Assembly: GCA_965207225.1 (NCBI GenBank)
Contig: CBDBLV010000004.1
Coordinates: forward strand, 640,001-704,000
Source of the DNA: Dehalococcoidia bacterium
GTDB lineage: Bacteria > Chloroflexota > Dehalococcoidia > Plut-88900
Length of the DNA: 64,000 nucleotides
Direction of reading: 5' to 3'
This document shows, in pieces, positions 62,976 through 64,000 of the stretch. The notes beneath the pieces are model-generated. The model worked only from the letters and a program-made list of their open reading frames with translations. It was not told the DNA's origin and made no database searches. A program made the translations under genes and the position numbers. Numbering within the stretch: position 1 is the first letter of the stretch; each line of letters starts with the position of its first letter.

Positions 62976-64000
62976 TCAATCAAGATGCGTTATGACCCAG
63001 TCCACACCCTGCTTCTCGGCGGTGATAGAGCCAAGGTCCACCTCACTGCGCGATTGGTAAACGGATCCAGAAATCCAGCCGAATTCCACGTTCGTGCCGA
63101 TGAGTGTGATCGTGCCGGGTGATCGGCCAAATACCCACGCCTCGCCCATTACCAAGCCAGAGCCGTCAGACAGGTGGGCCGCCAAGAACCGCACAGTGTT
63201 CGGCGGCCTTATCGAATCTGCATCGGGATCAATGCAGAAACCGTCTCGCGGCAGAACTAGGCCCACTCGGCACTTCGCAATCCTCCCCTCTTCAAACATG
63301 GATAACCTGGTTGAGAGGCTGGCTCTGTTGAATTCGGTTATCGAGACTGGCTCCTGTACGGGAGTCACGGGAGTAGGCCTAGTGGTGGCCACGGGTTCGC
63401 CCACGGCGTTCATCACGTAGATCTCATAGTCCCCGTCGCGGTTGGAGTGGAACACGATGCGCTGGCCGTCGGGCGACCAGGCGGGCGACCAATCGGCAGC
63501 GTCGTTGTCGGTGAGGCGCGTGACCCCGGAGCCGTCGGCGTTCATCACGTAGATCTCATAGTCCCCGTCGCGGTCGGAGTCTAACGCGATGCGCTGGCCG
63601 TCGGGCGACCAAGCGGGGCGACCATCGCCAGCGTCGTTGTCGGTGAGGCGCGTGACCCCGGAGCCGTCGGCGTTCATCACGTAGATCTCAAAGTCCCCGT
63701 CGCGGTCGGAGTTGAACACGATGCGCTGGCCGTCGGGCGACCAGTCGGGGGACCCATCGATACCGTCGTCGTTGGTGAGGCGCGTGACCCCGGAGCCGTC
63801 GGCGTTCATCACGTAGATCTCATAGTCCCCGTCGCGGTCGGAGTTGAACGCGATGCGCTGGCCGTCGGGCGACCAGGCGGGCGACCAATCGTCGGCGTCG
63901 TCGTTGGTGAGGCGTGTGACCCCGGAGCCGTCGGCGTTCATCACGTAGATCTCATAGTCCCCGTCGCGGCCGGAGTCGAACGCGATGCGCTGGCCGTCGG
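62976..64000 (-). CDS. TolB-like PD40/WD40-like beta-propeller repeat protein (5' end outside window)
   Basis: 44-aa repeats SPAWSPDGQRIAFNSDRDGDYEIYVMNADGSGVTRLT; 132-bp period (63529, 63661, 63793, 63925). Confidence 0.9.
   Translation of the reverse strand, partial: DGQRIAFDSGRDGDYEIYVMNADGSGVTRLTNDDADDWSPAWSPDGQRIAFNSDRDGDYEIYVMNADGSGVTRLTNDDGIDGSPDWSPDGQRIVFNSDRDGDFEIYVMNADGSGVTRLTDNDAGDGRPAWSPDGQRIALDSDRDGDYEIYVMNADGSGVTRLTDNDAADWSPAWSPDGQRIVFHSNRDGDYEIYVMNAVGEPVATTRPTPVTPVQEPVSITEFNRASLSTRLSMFEEGRIAKCRVGLVLPRDGFCIDPDADSIRPPNTVRFLAAHLSDGSGLVMGEAWVFGRSPGTITLIGTNVEFGWISGSVYQSRSEVDLGSITAEKQGVDWVITHLD

Larger units (their letters stand above)
41914..64000. mobile_element. Putative genomic island 2 (right end not in window)
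   Basis: att-like repeat at left; contains TA modules, replication-relaxation gene, IS21, pseudogenes. Confidence 0.5.

Noticed and set aside
63400-64000. Regular repeats as a CRISPR array
   Set aside because: 132-bp in-frame coding repeats (PD40) with no unique spacers; no cas genes

Overview
GC-rich bacterial window. Gene content (TRAP/ABC lipoprotein transporters, LLM monooxygenase, paired amidohydrolases, GMC oxidoreductase, Cache-domain lipoprotein, giant Calx-beta-like/FN3 surface proteins) suggests a Chloroflexota (Dehalococcoidia/SAR202-like), possibly host-associated organism; this taxonomy is an inference. Positions 1-24.7 kb are transport and catabolic backbone, including an LLM + 2 amidohydrolase + betaine-type ABC + GMC operon and a cytochrome c / cytochrome P460 pair. 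From ~24.77 kb the window is accessory DNA. Two 52-bp imperfect direct repeats (24768, 41914) start with the reverse complement of a tRNA 3' end and conserve an orphan peptide through synonymous changes; they look like att junctions of tandem integrated islands. Island 1 holds two paralogous giant adhesins with near-identical C-terminal halves and poly-C tracts just after the start codon (one in frame, one out of frame), plus a 4xCache lipoprotein inserted between 23-bp direct repeats. Island 2 holds two convergent operons, each headed by a toxin-antitoxin pair, encoding UDP-sugar dehydrogenase, epimerase, GT4, radical SAM/SPASM, a WG-repeat methyltransferase and a histidine phosphatase. It continues with a decayed replication-relaxation module cut by an IS21 element and secreted CARDB and PD40-repeat proteins. 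No rRNA, intact tRNA or CRISPR array was seen.
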